Origin: a virus
Taxonomy: Duplodnaviria; Caudoviricetes
DNA length: 64,000 bases
Virus record (IMG/VR): IMGVR_UViG_3300015607_004160
Reading direction: 5' to 3' (one strand)
A program made the position numbers and the translations under genes. The notes beneath the pieces were generated by a model. The model was not told where the DNA came from and searched no databases. It saw only the letters and a list, made by a program, of their open reading frames with translations. This document shows, in pieces, positions 47,758-57,104 of this stretch. Position 1 is the first letter of the stretch, and each line of letters begins with the position of its first letter.

Positions 47758-49227
47758 ATGTTAACATATAGTATAAATGTCGGAACCCCAACTGAAACTA
47801 GTAGTCTAGAGAATATTAACGATGTTCTAAATCAATTGCCAGATAATACAAGTCAGTTGTTATCTCCTAAAGATGTTAGGGATGCTGTTTATACAGCATG
47901 GACAACTAATGTTTTCAAGCCTACCACGGTAACTGCGTCCTCTGTTGAATATGTTGGTCTTGATTCTTCTGAAACTGGGATAAATCTTAAGGAAAAAATT
48001 TATTTAGGTAAGAGAAGATTATCTGGATTGGACATAATGGATGATACATTATTAAATAGTGATTCTGATATTTTTATCTTTAATACTAAATCGGATAGTT
48101 CATCACAAGATTCAACCAAAGTATCTGTATTAGCAGGAGATGATGCAACTAAATACAATTTGGCCCCTTACTTTGAATCGTCTTATATATCTGGATCATC
48201 ATCCATAGATTTTAATATAGTAAATCCAAATGGTAATGTAAATATTTATAGTTCTGCATCTAATGTTAGTATTAATGGATTGATTTTTCCAACAAGGGCC
48301 GAAAGTGCATCTGCATCTAATGGATATGTATTAAAATATTTAGATAATGCTGGTGATATTTATTTAGATTGGCAGCCATTAGGTAGTGCGAACATTGACA
48401 CAATTTACTCATCAGCTACTGTTTCCATAACAGGAAATCCAGTTCTAATAAATGGTAACAACATCGAATTTACCAATTCTAGTCCTATACTATCTGAATT
48501 AGGAGGTATTTCATTAGGATCTACATTTAGTAATGTTGCATTAGTTACTCTATTAAATACCTTATTATATCCTTATGTTGATCCAGTTGTATCTATGATA
48601 TTAACTGCAACATCAAGTATATCATATGGAGTAACCGGTATTGGATCTAGAAATGTAATAGCAGAAAGTGGAGCTTTATCATCAGTTAGATATATCTATA
48701 ATATAACTAATAAATCAATACCTATAACATCCGTTTTAGCAAGTCCTGGTGGATCATTACCACCAACAACTACAAGGTTATCTGGAACATCATCTATTTC
48801 AATTCCATCTTCAACACAGTTATATACCTTAACTGTTTCAGATGGAACTGGAACAGTGTCATCTACGGCATCACTAACATATGTTTATCCATATTTTTAT
48901 GGTGTAACATCCAATAGTATAAATTTTGGATCTAATGGAGTTTTATCATCATTAAATAAAGTTATATCCGAAAAATCTGATATAAGTGTCACATTAACTG
49001 GTACGAGTTCACATATCTATTTCTTATATCCAAATAGTTATGGAGATTTAACATCAGCAATAGATAATATAACTGGATGGAACTATATCTCATCCTTTAG
49101 TAAAATACATAGTGGAATATCTTTAACAAGTAGTTCGCCATATTGGTCAGCATCGTATAGTGTTTATTCATATACTGCAGGTAGTGGCGTAACAACAGTT
49201 AATTCTATGTGGACATTTAAACATTAA
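47758..49227 (+). CDS. putative virion structural protein (tail/baseplate)
   Basis: Ser/Thr/Gly-rich beta composition; YPYFYG; TAATATATA at 47729. Confidence 0.6.
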   Translation: MLTYSINVGTPTETSSLENINDVLNQLPDNTSQLLSPKDVRDAVYTAWTTNVFKPTTVTASSVEYVGLDSSETGINLKEKIYLGKRRLSGLDIMDDTLLNSDSDIFIFNTKSDSSSQDSTKVSVLAGDDATKYNLAPYFESSYISGSSSIDFNIVNPNGNVNIYSSASNVSINGLIFPTRAESASASNGYVLKYLDNAGDIYLDWQPLGSANIDTIYSSATVSITGNPVLINGNNIEFTNSSPILSELGGISLGSTFSNVALVTLLNTLLYPYVDPVVSMILTATSSISYGVTGIGSRNVIAESGALSSVRYIYNITNKSIPITSVLASPGGSLPPTTTRLSGTSSISIPSSTQLYTLTVSDGTGTVSSTASLTYVYPYFYGVTSNSINFGSNGVLSSLNKVISEKSDISVTLTGTSSHIYFLYPNSYGDLTSAIDNITGWNYISSFSKIHSGISLTSSSPYWSASYSVYSYTAGSGVTTVNSMWTFKH

Positions 49228-49242
49228 AAAATAAATTAGAAA

Positions 49243-50262
49243 ATGCCAATACCATTAATAGACAATTTTAATATAAATTCAGAATTACCAATAGATAGTA
49301 GAATTATTGCAAGTAGTTCAACTGAAAGAGACGCCATTAGTTATAAATATGATGGATTGAAAGTTTTTCAATTGGATGATAGAATAACTTATACATGGAA
49401 TAAGACAAGTAGTTCATGGGACACACTTGATACTAATACCTTAGGTCAAGGCACGGCTAATTATTTATCTAAATGGGATGCGACTGGATTAGGATTAACA
49501 AATTCCTCTATTATATCTTATCCAAAAGCATTCAATGAGGTAAATCAAAAAGTAGGTGTTGGTGGTACTCCGAGTGAGGCTTTTCAGGTTAATGGAAACT
49601 ATACAGATTCAACCATAGGTACAAGTTCAATGCCATTTGTTGTTCATAAAGGAGCTAATACAATTATAGGTGAGAACTGGTATTGGGATGTATCTTTACT
49701 ACAAGATAAATCTTTTGATTTATCATTTGCCTCTAGTACTATAACATTTAAAAATGGGGGGGTTGAATTTAAAGGAAGAACTGCTGGAAGCGCAGCAACT
49801 ATGAAAAGTGGAGTAACTATTAATGTTGATTCATCAATTAGTATTGTTGGAACAACAAGTGTACCAAGCTACACAGACGGAACAATTTATTATGATACAC
49901 TCCGATTCAAGGTTAAGGAGTCCGGAGAGTGGAGAACAATATCAAGGGTTTATGATGTTTATTCCACATTGTTATCACAATCGGGGACATCCGCACCAAC
50001 TGAAACACTGTTAGAATCAACTATAGGTTCTGGAACTTGGTCATATGTAGGAGTTGGTATTTACAACTTAACTATAACTAATGGATTTGTTGGGACCGTG
50101 CCTAAAATAAATGGATTTGTTGGTCCATATACATCGACAGGTGTTTTCTTTGGAGTAAAGATAAATGATAGTACATATCAAATAAGAACTTTATTTTCAG
50201 TGGGAACAACTCAATCAAATGATTTATTATCAACTACAATGATTGAAATACGAGTATATTAA
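49243..50262 (+). CDS. putative tail-fibre-associated protein
   Basis: PIDSR..ERDAI..YDGLKV N-terminus; GTANYLSKW; QSGTSAP..LE.TIG C-terminus. Confidence 0.6.
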   Translation: MPIPLIDNFNINSELPIDSRIIASSSTERDAISYKYDGLKVFQLDDRITYTWNKTSSSWDTLDTNTLGQGTANYLSKWDATGLGLTNSSIISYPKAFNEVNQKVGVGGTPSEAFQVNGNYTDSTIGTSSMPFVVHKGANTIIGENWYWDVSLLQDKSFDLSFASSTITFKNGGVEFKGRTAGSAATMKSGVTINVDSSISIVGTTSVPSYTDGTIYYDTLRFKVKESGEWRTISRVYDVYSTLLSQSGTSAPTETLLESTIGSGTWSYVGVGIYNLTITNGFVGTVPKINGFVGPYTSTGVFFGVKINDSTYQIRTLFSVGTTQSNDLLSTTMIEIRVY

Positions 50263-50939
50263 ACAATTTTTATAAACCAATAGTTGAAGTAAACATAGGA
50301 ATCTCCTATTAAGCTATAATATTCATTTTCATGCTTCATAACTATTTTATTATCATAAGATCTGATTACTTCAATTTCTGTATCTTTGTTAATTCTTAAT
50401 AGTTTGCCATTATCAACATTTAAACAATAAGCTTCACTATTAACTAATTTATATTTACCATTATCTGGGGTTAACCACTTTTTTACTATTTTAATAACCA
50501 ATCCTTTGATTTTAATAACCCATTCTTTAGTTTGAACCAAATCAGTATTTTTAAATACTTCAGATTTAAAAACTGGATCTTCTGTTAAAATATCCTCAAT
50601 TAATCCGAAATATTCTATTTCATCAATAACAAATGAGATATAAACATCATAATTAACATCATTAGATTTAGATATTCTCAATATTTTCATTGATGTAATA
50701 TTTTGCTTTTCTAATGAAAGTTTAGACTTTAGTATGTTAAACTGTGGCGTATTAGACAAACTATGTAATAATCCATTGATTTTAGATGTTGCTGCTCTTA
50801 TAGCATCCTGATGCTTATCAAATGCATTTATAGAAAGTTGTGGATTATCAACATGAACTGCCATTTGACCCATATCTGGATTTAATCTTTGTGCGTTAAA
50901 CTCAGTAAATTCTAATATTAGATTATTTTTACTTTTCAT
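50259..50939 (-). CDS. hypothetical protein
   Basis: TAATATATA at 50955-50963; LILEF near N-terminus. Confidence 0.7.
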   Translation of the reverse strand: MKSKNNLILEFTEFNAQRLNPDMGQMAVHVDNPQLSINAFDKHQDAIRAATSKINGLLHSLSNTPQFNILKSKLSLEKQNITSMKILRISKSNDVNYDVYISFVIDEIEYFGLIEDILTEDPVFKSEVFKNTDLVQTKEWVIKIKGLVIKIVKKWLTPDNGKYKLVNSEAYCLNVDNGKLLRINKDTEIEVIRSYDNKIVMKHENEYYSLIGDSYVYFNYWFIKIV

Positions 50940-50980
50940 ATTTTTATATATATGTATATATTAAAAATTATATCTTAAAA

Positions 50981-51286
50981 ATGAAGATTAGAAGATTCAA
51001 TGAGGCTGAAGAAATGAATATATCAAATGAAAGAGTAGAGGAAATTATTAACGAACTATCATCTATGACTTCGGATATAAATGAAAAGGCTAAATCTATC
51101 TATACATTAGCAGGTGAGTTAGAAAATTACCGAAGTAAATCTAAACAAGCTAATAATCAGATTGATGATGCTTCTTTAAATATGGATTCTCTTAAATCTA
51201 AATTAGATGAATCAACTACCCTACTTGATAATATTATTGATCTTTTAAAGGATTATATTGAAGGTGGTGAGAAATATTTATATTAA
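50981..51286 (+). CDS. coiled-coil protein, CTS-like N-terminus
   Basis: MKIRRFNE; heptad pattern. Confidence 0.7.
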   Translation: MKIRRFNEAEEMNISNERVEEIINELSSMTSDINEKAKSIYTLAGELENYRSKSKQANNQIDDASLNMDSLKSKLDESTTLLDNIIDLLKDYIEGGEKYLY

Positions 51287-51840
51287 TTATAATCTTTTGA
51301 ATCTTCATCTGCTCCCATACTAACACATACATCAAGAAATTCATCACCATTAAGCTCATCATAAGCGTTTATCCATTGCATTAGTTTAAGTCTTATTTCA
51401 CTTAGTTCGTTAAAAGTCATTTCTTTCCACCAAATACCATATGATGAATCATCAATAGAGTGAATTACTCCTCTCATATGATATAAATCCTCACCTTTTT
51501 CATTTTGCTTAAACTTAGCACCTGTTGGACATACAATATTTATTGATACCGGGTTATATTTTCTACTATAAAGATGTGAAGCAGTTTCTTTATCAACCTT
51601 TTTTAGGGTTATCATTTCATCTTTATAAGTTAATTTTCCATCTTTAGATTTAAGTATCATACCAGTAAACCATAAATTTAGATACTTACCCATTTCAAAT
51701 TTTGATAAATTATATACAAAATAGTAATCAGTATGCTCTGTTTTACCTCTATTAGTTTTAAAGGTAGGCCATGTTCTTTTCTTACTTACATTTAGTAATT
51801 CATTTATTTCAAATGCGTTATATCTGTGTATGTATTTCAT
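51283..51840 (-). CDS. hypothetical protein, CTS-like N-terminus
   Basis: MKYIHRYNAFEINE. Confidence 0.7.
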   Translation of the reverse strand: MKYIHRYNAFEINELLNVSKKRTWPTFKTNRGKTEHTDYYFVYNLSKFEMGKYLNLWFTGMILKSKDGKLTYKDEMITLKKVDKETASHLYSRKYNPVSINIVCPTGAKFKQNEKGEDLYHMRGVIHSIDDSSYGIWWKEMTFNELSEIRLKLMQWINAYDELNGDEFLDVCVSMGADEDSKDYN

Positions 51841-52415
51841 TATTTATTGAATTTCAATTTGTATATTGTTTTGTAAAGAAGAGCAACTATTTCATCAACA
51901 ATATTATGTAAATGTGTATCCTCTGCCGGAATACAACTTCTACTTTCTCTTACATACTTTACAAACTCTTCAAAATATTCGAGTTTATCTTTTGTAGTTG
52001 TATCACTCGTGTCTATTGTATCATATTTTTCAATAATACCATACTGGCCTTGATAAACTTCTATTATTTCATCAATAAATCCAAGTATTCCGTTATAGTA
52101 AGCATCTAACGCCATATGTGATGCATATGACCCTTCATCACCTCTAACTTGAAGGTGATAAACGTGTGTTTTTTGTCTTGATTCAAATATTTTTGAAAAG
52201 AATTTAGCAGCATCTGTAATATCAGTATGTGGTTGCTCAGCAGGTTGATCAGCTTGTGGTTGTTGTTGCTGTTGAGGTTGTGCACCATCAGGTGCTTGAA
52301 TAACTTCAGCCTTAACATCCACAGATGCTGTATTACCAGCAGATTGATCTGGAGTAAGGTTTAATGTTATTTCTTGTTCATTTACTTTAAATTTAAAGTC
52401 TGAAAATCTTTTCAT
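51840..52415 (-). CDS. ferritin/Dps-like (DUF5856-type) protein, CTS-like N-terminus
   Basis: HVYHLQ..SYASHMAL..YY..D..E.YQG.YG; TIYKL. Confidence 0.75.
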   Translation of the reverse strand: MKRFSDFKFKVNEQEITLNLTPDQSAGNTASVDVKAEVIQAPDGAQPQQQQQPQADQPAEQPHTDITDAAKFFSKIFESRQKTHVYHLQVRGDEGSYASHMALDAYYNGILGFIDEIIEVYQGQYGIIEKYDTIDTSDTTTKDKLEYFEEFVKYVRESRSCIPAEDTHLHNIVDEIVALLYKTIYKLKFNK

Positions 52416-52424
52416 AGTTTTATT

Positions 52425-52859
52425 TTATTTTTTTCCAAGTAATTTATCATTCATCACTTTATGTATTAGAATTCCATCATGCCCAGCAGTTCTCATTGTA
52501 TGATAAAATTCTAACTTTTCAGTAGCGGTAGGCATTTTATCACCAAATAATGCTTCCCAATAATTTAATACTTTTTCCTCCTCAGTTTCTTCTTGTGAAT
52601 CTTGCGAAACAAAAACAGGCCTACCAAACGGATCTCTTAATACATTATTTTCCATTAGTTCAAAAAACTCTTCTTTATTTGTTTGCTCAACACTAGATAT
52701 ATTATATCCAGATTGACCTTTAACAGATGCTAATGTCGAATCAGCAATATAAGAAGCTTCACCTTCACTTGATGCTTCCACAATTAAATCTATTTCTGAT
52801 TTAATTTTAAAGTATTGTTGGCTTTCAACGTTTTCAACTAAAATACTAAATTTATTCAT
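52425..52859 (-). CDS. hypothetical protein, CTS-like N-terminus
   Basis: MNKFSILVEN; TAATATATA at 52865-52873. Confidence 0.7.
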   Translation of the reverse strand: MNKFSILVENVESQQYFKIKSEIDLIVEASSEGEASYIADSTLASVKGQSGYNISSVEQTNKEEFFELMENNVLRDPFGRPVFVSQDSQEETEEEKVLNYWEALFGDKMPTATEKLEFYHTMRTAGHDGILIHKVMNDKLLGKK

Positions 52860-52904
52860 AAATGTATATATTAAAAAAGAAATATTTATTTTAATATATA
52901 TGTT

Positions 52905-54002
52905 ATGATGAAATATATCAAAGAATTTGATAATTATAAGTTAAACGAGGCGTTAGGAATTGCAGAAGCAACCTTATTTTATGTCAATGTCATTAAGGCT
53001 AAAATACTAGAGGAGATATTGGATTATATGGATGGTCGTCCAAATTTAGATAATCAAGAAGAGATGGAAGTAAAAATACCATTTACTAAGATAAGAAGAT
53101 ATGTTACTGATTGGAACTTATATGCTGATTTTCCAGTTTCCGAAATTACAATTAATTTAAAAATGATTAAGAAACGTCCTAATGATGTTAAACTAAAGGA
53201 TATTGATTTAGATCATCTTGTACAAGCTCCATTTAAAATGGGAGGATATGCATCTCCATTTGCAAGAGGACGAGAAAAAGAGGCAGCTCGATTTAAAGAT
53301 CCAGTTAAATTAAATACGGATCATAGTATATCAATTCATATGGAAATTGATTTTGAATATTCTGCAAATTTTAGAATGGATAGACATGAGGAAAAGCTAG
53401 AACTAAAATTAGAATCAGTTGTTTTACATGAGTTAAATCACGTATATGAATCTTATAAAAGAAAGTCTAAAGGAGAAAAAGAAATAGAGTATACTACAAC
53501 ATGGGCATCAATTGGGCCAAATAGAAGAAGAAGGCCAAAAGTAATATTTGACTATTGGCAAGATAACTTTACTGATTATATTTATATGTCCGAGCCTCAT
53601 GAAGTAAGAGCTTATATACAAGAAGCGAAAGCATATGTTGATAAGTTAGATTTAATGTCATTTCAAAGAACATCAATATGGAAAATGGCAAAAGTTATGC
53701 AAGGATATGATTCAACTAAATTTAGAAAAAATTTTGATAAAGTTGTAAATAATTACAACCCAGAATATGTTGGTAAAATAACAGATGTATTAGTTAAGGA
53801 CTTTATAACAGAATATAAAAGATTGTCTTTAGAATTCAAAGAAGAAAATATCATTAAACCAGAATTATTATCCAAAATGAATACAGATCAATTCTTTGAT
53901 TTTTGGCAAAAGAAAATAAGAAAAGCCGGAACAACAATTGTTAAAAAGATGCTCCGACTTTATACTTATAAAAAAGATAGAGAAGAAGAATTATTAGACT
54001 AA
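52905..54002 (+). CDS. putative zincin metalloprotease, CTS-like N-terminus
   Basis: LHELNH plus downstream EVRAY; MKYIKEFDNYKLNE; TAATATATA at 52892. Confidence 0.65.
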   Translation: MMKYIKEFDNYKLNEALGIAEATLFYVNVIKAKILEEILDYMDGRPNLDNQEEMEVKIPFTKIRRYVTDWNLYADFPVSEITINLKMIKKRPNDVKLKDIDLDHLVQAPFKMGGYASPFARGREKEAARFKDPVKLNTDHSISIHMEIDFEYSANFRMDRHEEKLELKLESVVLHELNHVYESYKRKSKGEKEIEYTTTWASIGPNRRRRPKVIFDYWQDNFTDYIYMSEPHEVRAYIQEAKAYVDKLDLMSFQRTSIWKMAKVMQGYDSTKFRKNFDKVVNNYNPEYVGKITDVLVKDFITEYKRLSLEFKEENIIKPELLSKMNTDQFFDFWQKKIRKAGTTIVKKMLRLYTYKKDREEELLD

Positions 54003-54680
54003 ATTCTTTTTACTTGTAATAATATCATCAATGATACCATAATCTTTAGCTTCTTGTGAGCTCAACCAATTGTCTCGTTCACAGTCTTTAATTATTTGTT
54101 CGTAAGATTTATCACAAAATTCACCAAGTAATTCAAAAAGAATTTTATTATATTTTTCCCATTCTTGAAAAGCAATTCTCGCATCTTGAATATTACCACC
54201 AGCACCACCAGATGATTGATGTAACATTGTTCTAGAAAAGCGAAGTGAATTTCTTTTTCCTTTTGTTCCAGCACCAAGTAAAACAGATCCCATTGATGCG
54301 GCCATACCTGTATTAATTGTGCAAATATCAGGAGAAATATATTGCATTACATCAACCATACTCAGTCCACTTTTTACAGATCCGCCAGGTGTATCAATAT
54401 GCATAATAATATCCTTTTTTGCATCTAAAGAATCAAGAAAAATTAGCTGGGCTTGAACAATTGTTGACATTCTATCATCAACAACACCAGCAACCCATAT
54501 AATCCTATCCATCATTAATCTTGAAAATACATCCATTTGTGTTGCGTGTAATGGTCTTTCTTCTAAGATATATGGGGTCATTGAACTTTGATAATCATAG
54601 ATTTGCTGGGTAGAGATATTAAAATCTTTGGCGAATTGTGGAAATTGATTAATTTCCCTCTGTAGACTTTTGTCCATCAT
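53994..54680 (-). CDS. clpP: ATP-dependent Clp protease proteolytic subunit
   Basis: DVFSRLMMDRII, TPGGSV, GMAASMGS (Ser), HQ (His), ERD (Asp). Confidence 0.95.
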   Translation of the reverse strand: MMDKSLQREINQFPQFAKDFNISTQQIYDYQSSMTPYILEERPLHATQMDVFSRLMMDRIIWVAGVVDDRMSTIVQAQLIFLDSLDAKKDIIMHIDTPGGSVKSGLSMVDVMQYISPDICTINTGMAASMGSVLLGAGTKGKRNSLRFSRTMLHQSSGGAGGNIQDARIAFQEWEKYNKILFELLGEFCDKSYEQIIKDCERDNWLSSQEAKDYGIIDDIITSKKNLV

Positions 54681-54685
54681 AATTA

Positions 54686-55171
54686 TTATTTATTTATTTG
54701 ATTTAACCATTTATCAATTTTCTTTTCAGAGGCTTCTATAAGCTCTTCTTTTGTATATTTCAAATCAGCAAGTATATCAAATACTTGTATAATTGAATCA
54801 GCAGCCTCTTCTAGTAAATTTTGTCGTATTTGTTCTTCTGTATCGTTGTGGTACTTGTACTTTATCAACTTTAAAATTTCAGCCGATAGTTCACCAACCT
54901 CTTCATTTAATTTTAACCCTTTACTGGATATATTATTTGATTTTTCAAGTGGAGACACTTTACAAACTAAGTCATAGATATAATCTATAGATTGTATCTC
55001 TTCTGTAGGAGTAATTTCTAATTGTTTAGACTTCTCATAATCTTCAACTAACAATGATATTACTTCAATATCATTTGCTTCATCTTCGGATAACTCCTTA
55101 TGAAATACGGATTCTATATATTTTAGATACTCTTGATATTCGTTATCATCTTTAATAATTTTTGGCTTCAT
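54686..55171 (-). CDS. HigA-like N-terminal domain fused to MazG-like NTP pyrophosphohydrolase
   Basis: IK...EY......E......L..LVEDYE, then KLNEEVGEL..EEAAD; TATATTTG at 55200-55207 on the minus strand. Confidence 0.7.
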   Translation of the reverse strand: MKPKIIKDDNEYQEYLKYIESVFHKELSEDEANDIEVISLLVEDYEKSKQLEITPTEEIQSIDYIYDLVCKVSPLEKSNNISSKGLKLNEEVGELSAEILKLIKYKYHNDTEEQIRQNLLEEAADSIIQVFDILADLKYTKEELIEASEKKIDKWLNQINK

Positions 55172-55218
55172 TTTGAGAATTAAAATTTAATATATAATAC
55201 AAATATAATAAGTTCTAT

Positions 55219-55461
55219 ATGAAATACCTAAAAAAGTTTGAAGCTTTTGCCGCAGCTGAACCAGTTGTAAAACCTGGAACTAAGGAACCGCCAGTAAAAC
55301 CATCGAAACCAAGTAGTCCAGCTAAACCAATAACAAGACCGGGTGTAAGTCCTGATCCAAAAGCTAAAAAAGAAAAAAAGGCAACTGAATTAGATGTTGC
55401 AAAGAGATTTATTAGTGAATTAAACAAAAAAGGTGAATCTGTTAAAAAATATTTAAAATAA
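55219..55461 (+). CDS. small Pro/Lys-rich protein, CTS-like N-terminus
   Basis: MKYLKKFEAF; TAATATATA at 55188. Confidence 0.75.
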   Translation: MKYLKKFEAFAAAEPVVKPGTKEPPVKPSKPSSPAKPITRPGVSPDPKAKKEKKATELDVAKRFISELNKKGESVKKYLK

Positions 55462-55464
55462 AAT

Positions 55465-57081
55465 ATGAAAAATTTTCAAAAATTTTTAGAAGAAGCTGAT
55501 GTAAAGGGAAATCCAGGCATACCGGGGGAAGGTGGCAGAAAACAAGGTGAAACATCTTACTTATCTGATGTAGAGAGAAGAGCCAAAACAAGAATGGGCA
55601 TTAATGATAGAGATATGCCTAGGATGACACCAATGGGAATGATTCCATCTGAAAAGTTAGATAGGTTAGGCAGAAGAATAATGGAATTACTACCACAGTC
55701 AATTCAATTAAGTCGCGGTAATGAAGAAGCATTGGCTAAATTAGCAACTGATACTATTTATAATCTTTATAAAGATATTATAGATAGATATCAAATTGAA
55801 TTAGACATCAAATTTAGTAGAAATATTAAACAAGATATGGATGATGGTGAAGATGAGGAAAGAAAACCTGAATTTCGTAAAATAACAGATGAAAATGTCA
55901 TTAAAGAAATTCATAAAAGAAAATTAGCTAACCTTATAATTCAAGGTGAAGCTAAAAATACTAAGCATCTTCTACACATGGAAGAAGTTAAAGAAGGATT
56001 AAATGAGATACTAGGAGAAGCTAACGGTAAAAGATTGTTTGATATTCTTGATGAAATAGCTAAAACCGCAGATCAATTGGATTGGATCATTCCTGAACAA
56101 GTTAAAAAAGATATGATGGAGCAAATGCCAGAAGGATTAGCTGGAGCATCAAGTGTTGGATGGAAGCCAAAAACAAAGCCTGAAGATGACGAAGAAGGGG
56201 AAGAGGAGGAATATAAAGAATTTACTGGAGAGGAAGAATATGATGAAGAAGAATATCAAGAAGAAGAATCTACATCACACGAAGGAGATATTCCAGTATT
56301 AAAAGCAAGAGGGATTGATTTTTCTATGTTATTACACGAAGCAGTTAAAGGATTGTTTGAAATACTCTCCTTAATGGGTCTTCCTGTCGTTAAAAATGAT
56401 GATAACGAAACCGATGAAGAAGCTACTAAGAAATTATTGAATATGATATATTCAAACACTGGAATAGGAGACGAACCTCAAGATTTTAAATATGGGCCTG
56501 AAATTGCGGCTGACTTAAGAGATTTTGTTAACCAAAATGATAAGATTGATTTATATCCTAATGTAAGAGAGGAATTGTGGAAAACAATGGTTGATAAAGA
56601 TACTATGTCAACTGATGATTTTATATCATTAATGAGAGGAATCTTATCAAAAACTCCTGAAGCTAGAACTAAAGTTGATAGGCTAATCAATAAAGTGATT
56701 GAGATGATTAAAAATGAAAAAGAAGGATTAGATCAATATAATCGTGAAATGGAAGATTACGAAAGAAAGATGAAGGAATATAATCAAGAAAAAGAGCATC
56801 CAGAATTTTCTGAAGAAGATGAACCAGAAAGTGAGATAGATAAATTAGTAAGACAATCATTAGCTAAAAAAGATGATGATGAACCAAAACAAAATGCGGC
56901 TAAGAAAGAAATAGACTATTCTACTTGGTCACAAAAAGATTTACAGAACGAAATTGATGATGCTTTAGATTCTGAAAACTTTGATAAAGTAAGATTACTA
57001 TCTAAATATCTTAAAGAAGGTAGAATTTATTTAAGAGAGTTAGAAATAATAAATGAGAAATTAAACCCTCATTCAAAATAA
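55465..57081 (+). CDS. hypothetical acidic protein, CTS-like N-terminus
   Basis: MKNFQKFLEE; LHEAVKG. Confidence 0.8.
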   Translation: MKNFQKFLEEADVKGNPGIPGEGGRKQGETSYLSDVERRAKTRMGINDRDMPRMTPMGMIPSEKLDRLGRRIMELLPQSIQLSRGNEEALAKLATDTIYNLYKDIIDRYQIELDIKFSRNIKQDMDDGEDEERKPEFRKITDENVIKEIHKRKLANLIIQGEAKNTKHLLHMEEVKEGLNEILGEANGKRLFDILDEIAKTADQLDWIIPEQVKKDMMEQMPEGLAGASSVGWKPKTKPEDDEEGEEEEYKEFTGEEEYDEEEYQEEESTSHEGDIPVLKARGIDFSMLLHEAVKGLFEILSLMGLPVVKNDDNETDEEATKKLLNMIYSNTGIGDEPQDFKYGPEIAADLRDFVNQNDKIDLYPNVREELWKTMVDKDTMSTDDFISLMRGILSKTPEARTKVDRLINKVIEMIKNEKEGLDQYNREMEDYERKMKEYNQEKEHPEFSEEDEPESEIDKLVRQSLAKKDDDEPKQNAAKKEIDYSTWSQKDLQNEIDDALDSENFDKVRLLSKYLKEGRIYLRELEIINEKLNPHSK

Positions 57082-57104
57082 TATATAAAAAAAATTAAAT
57101 AGAC

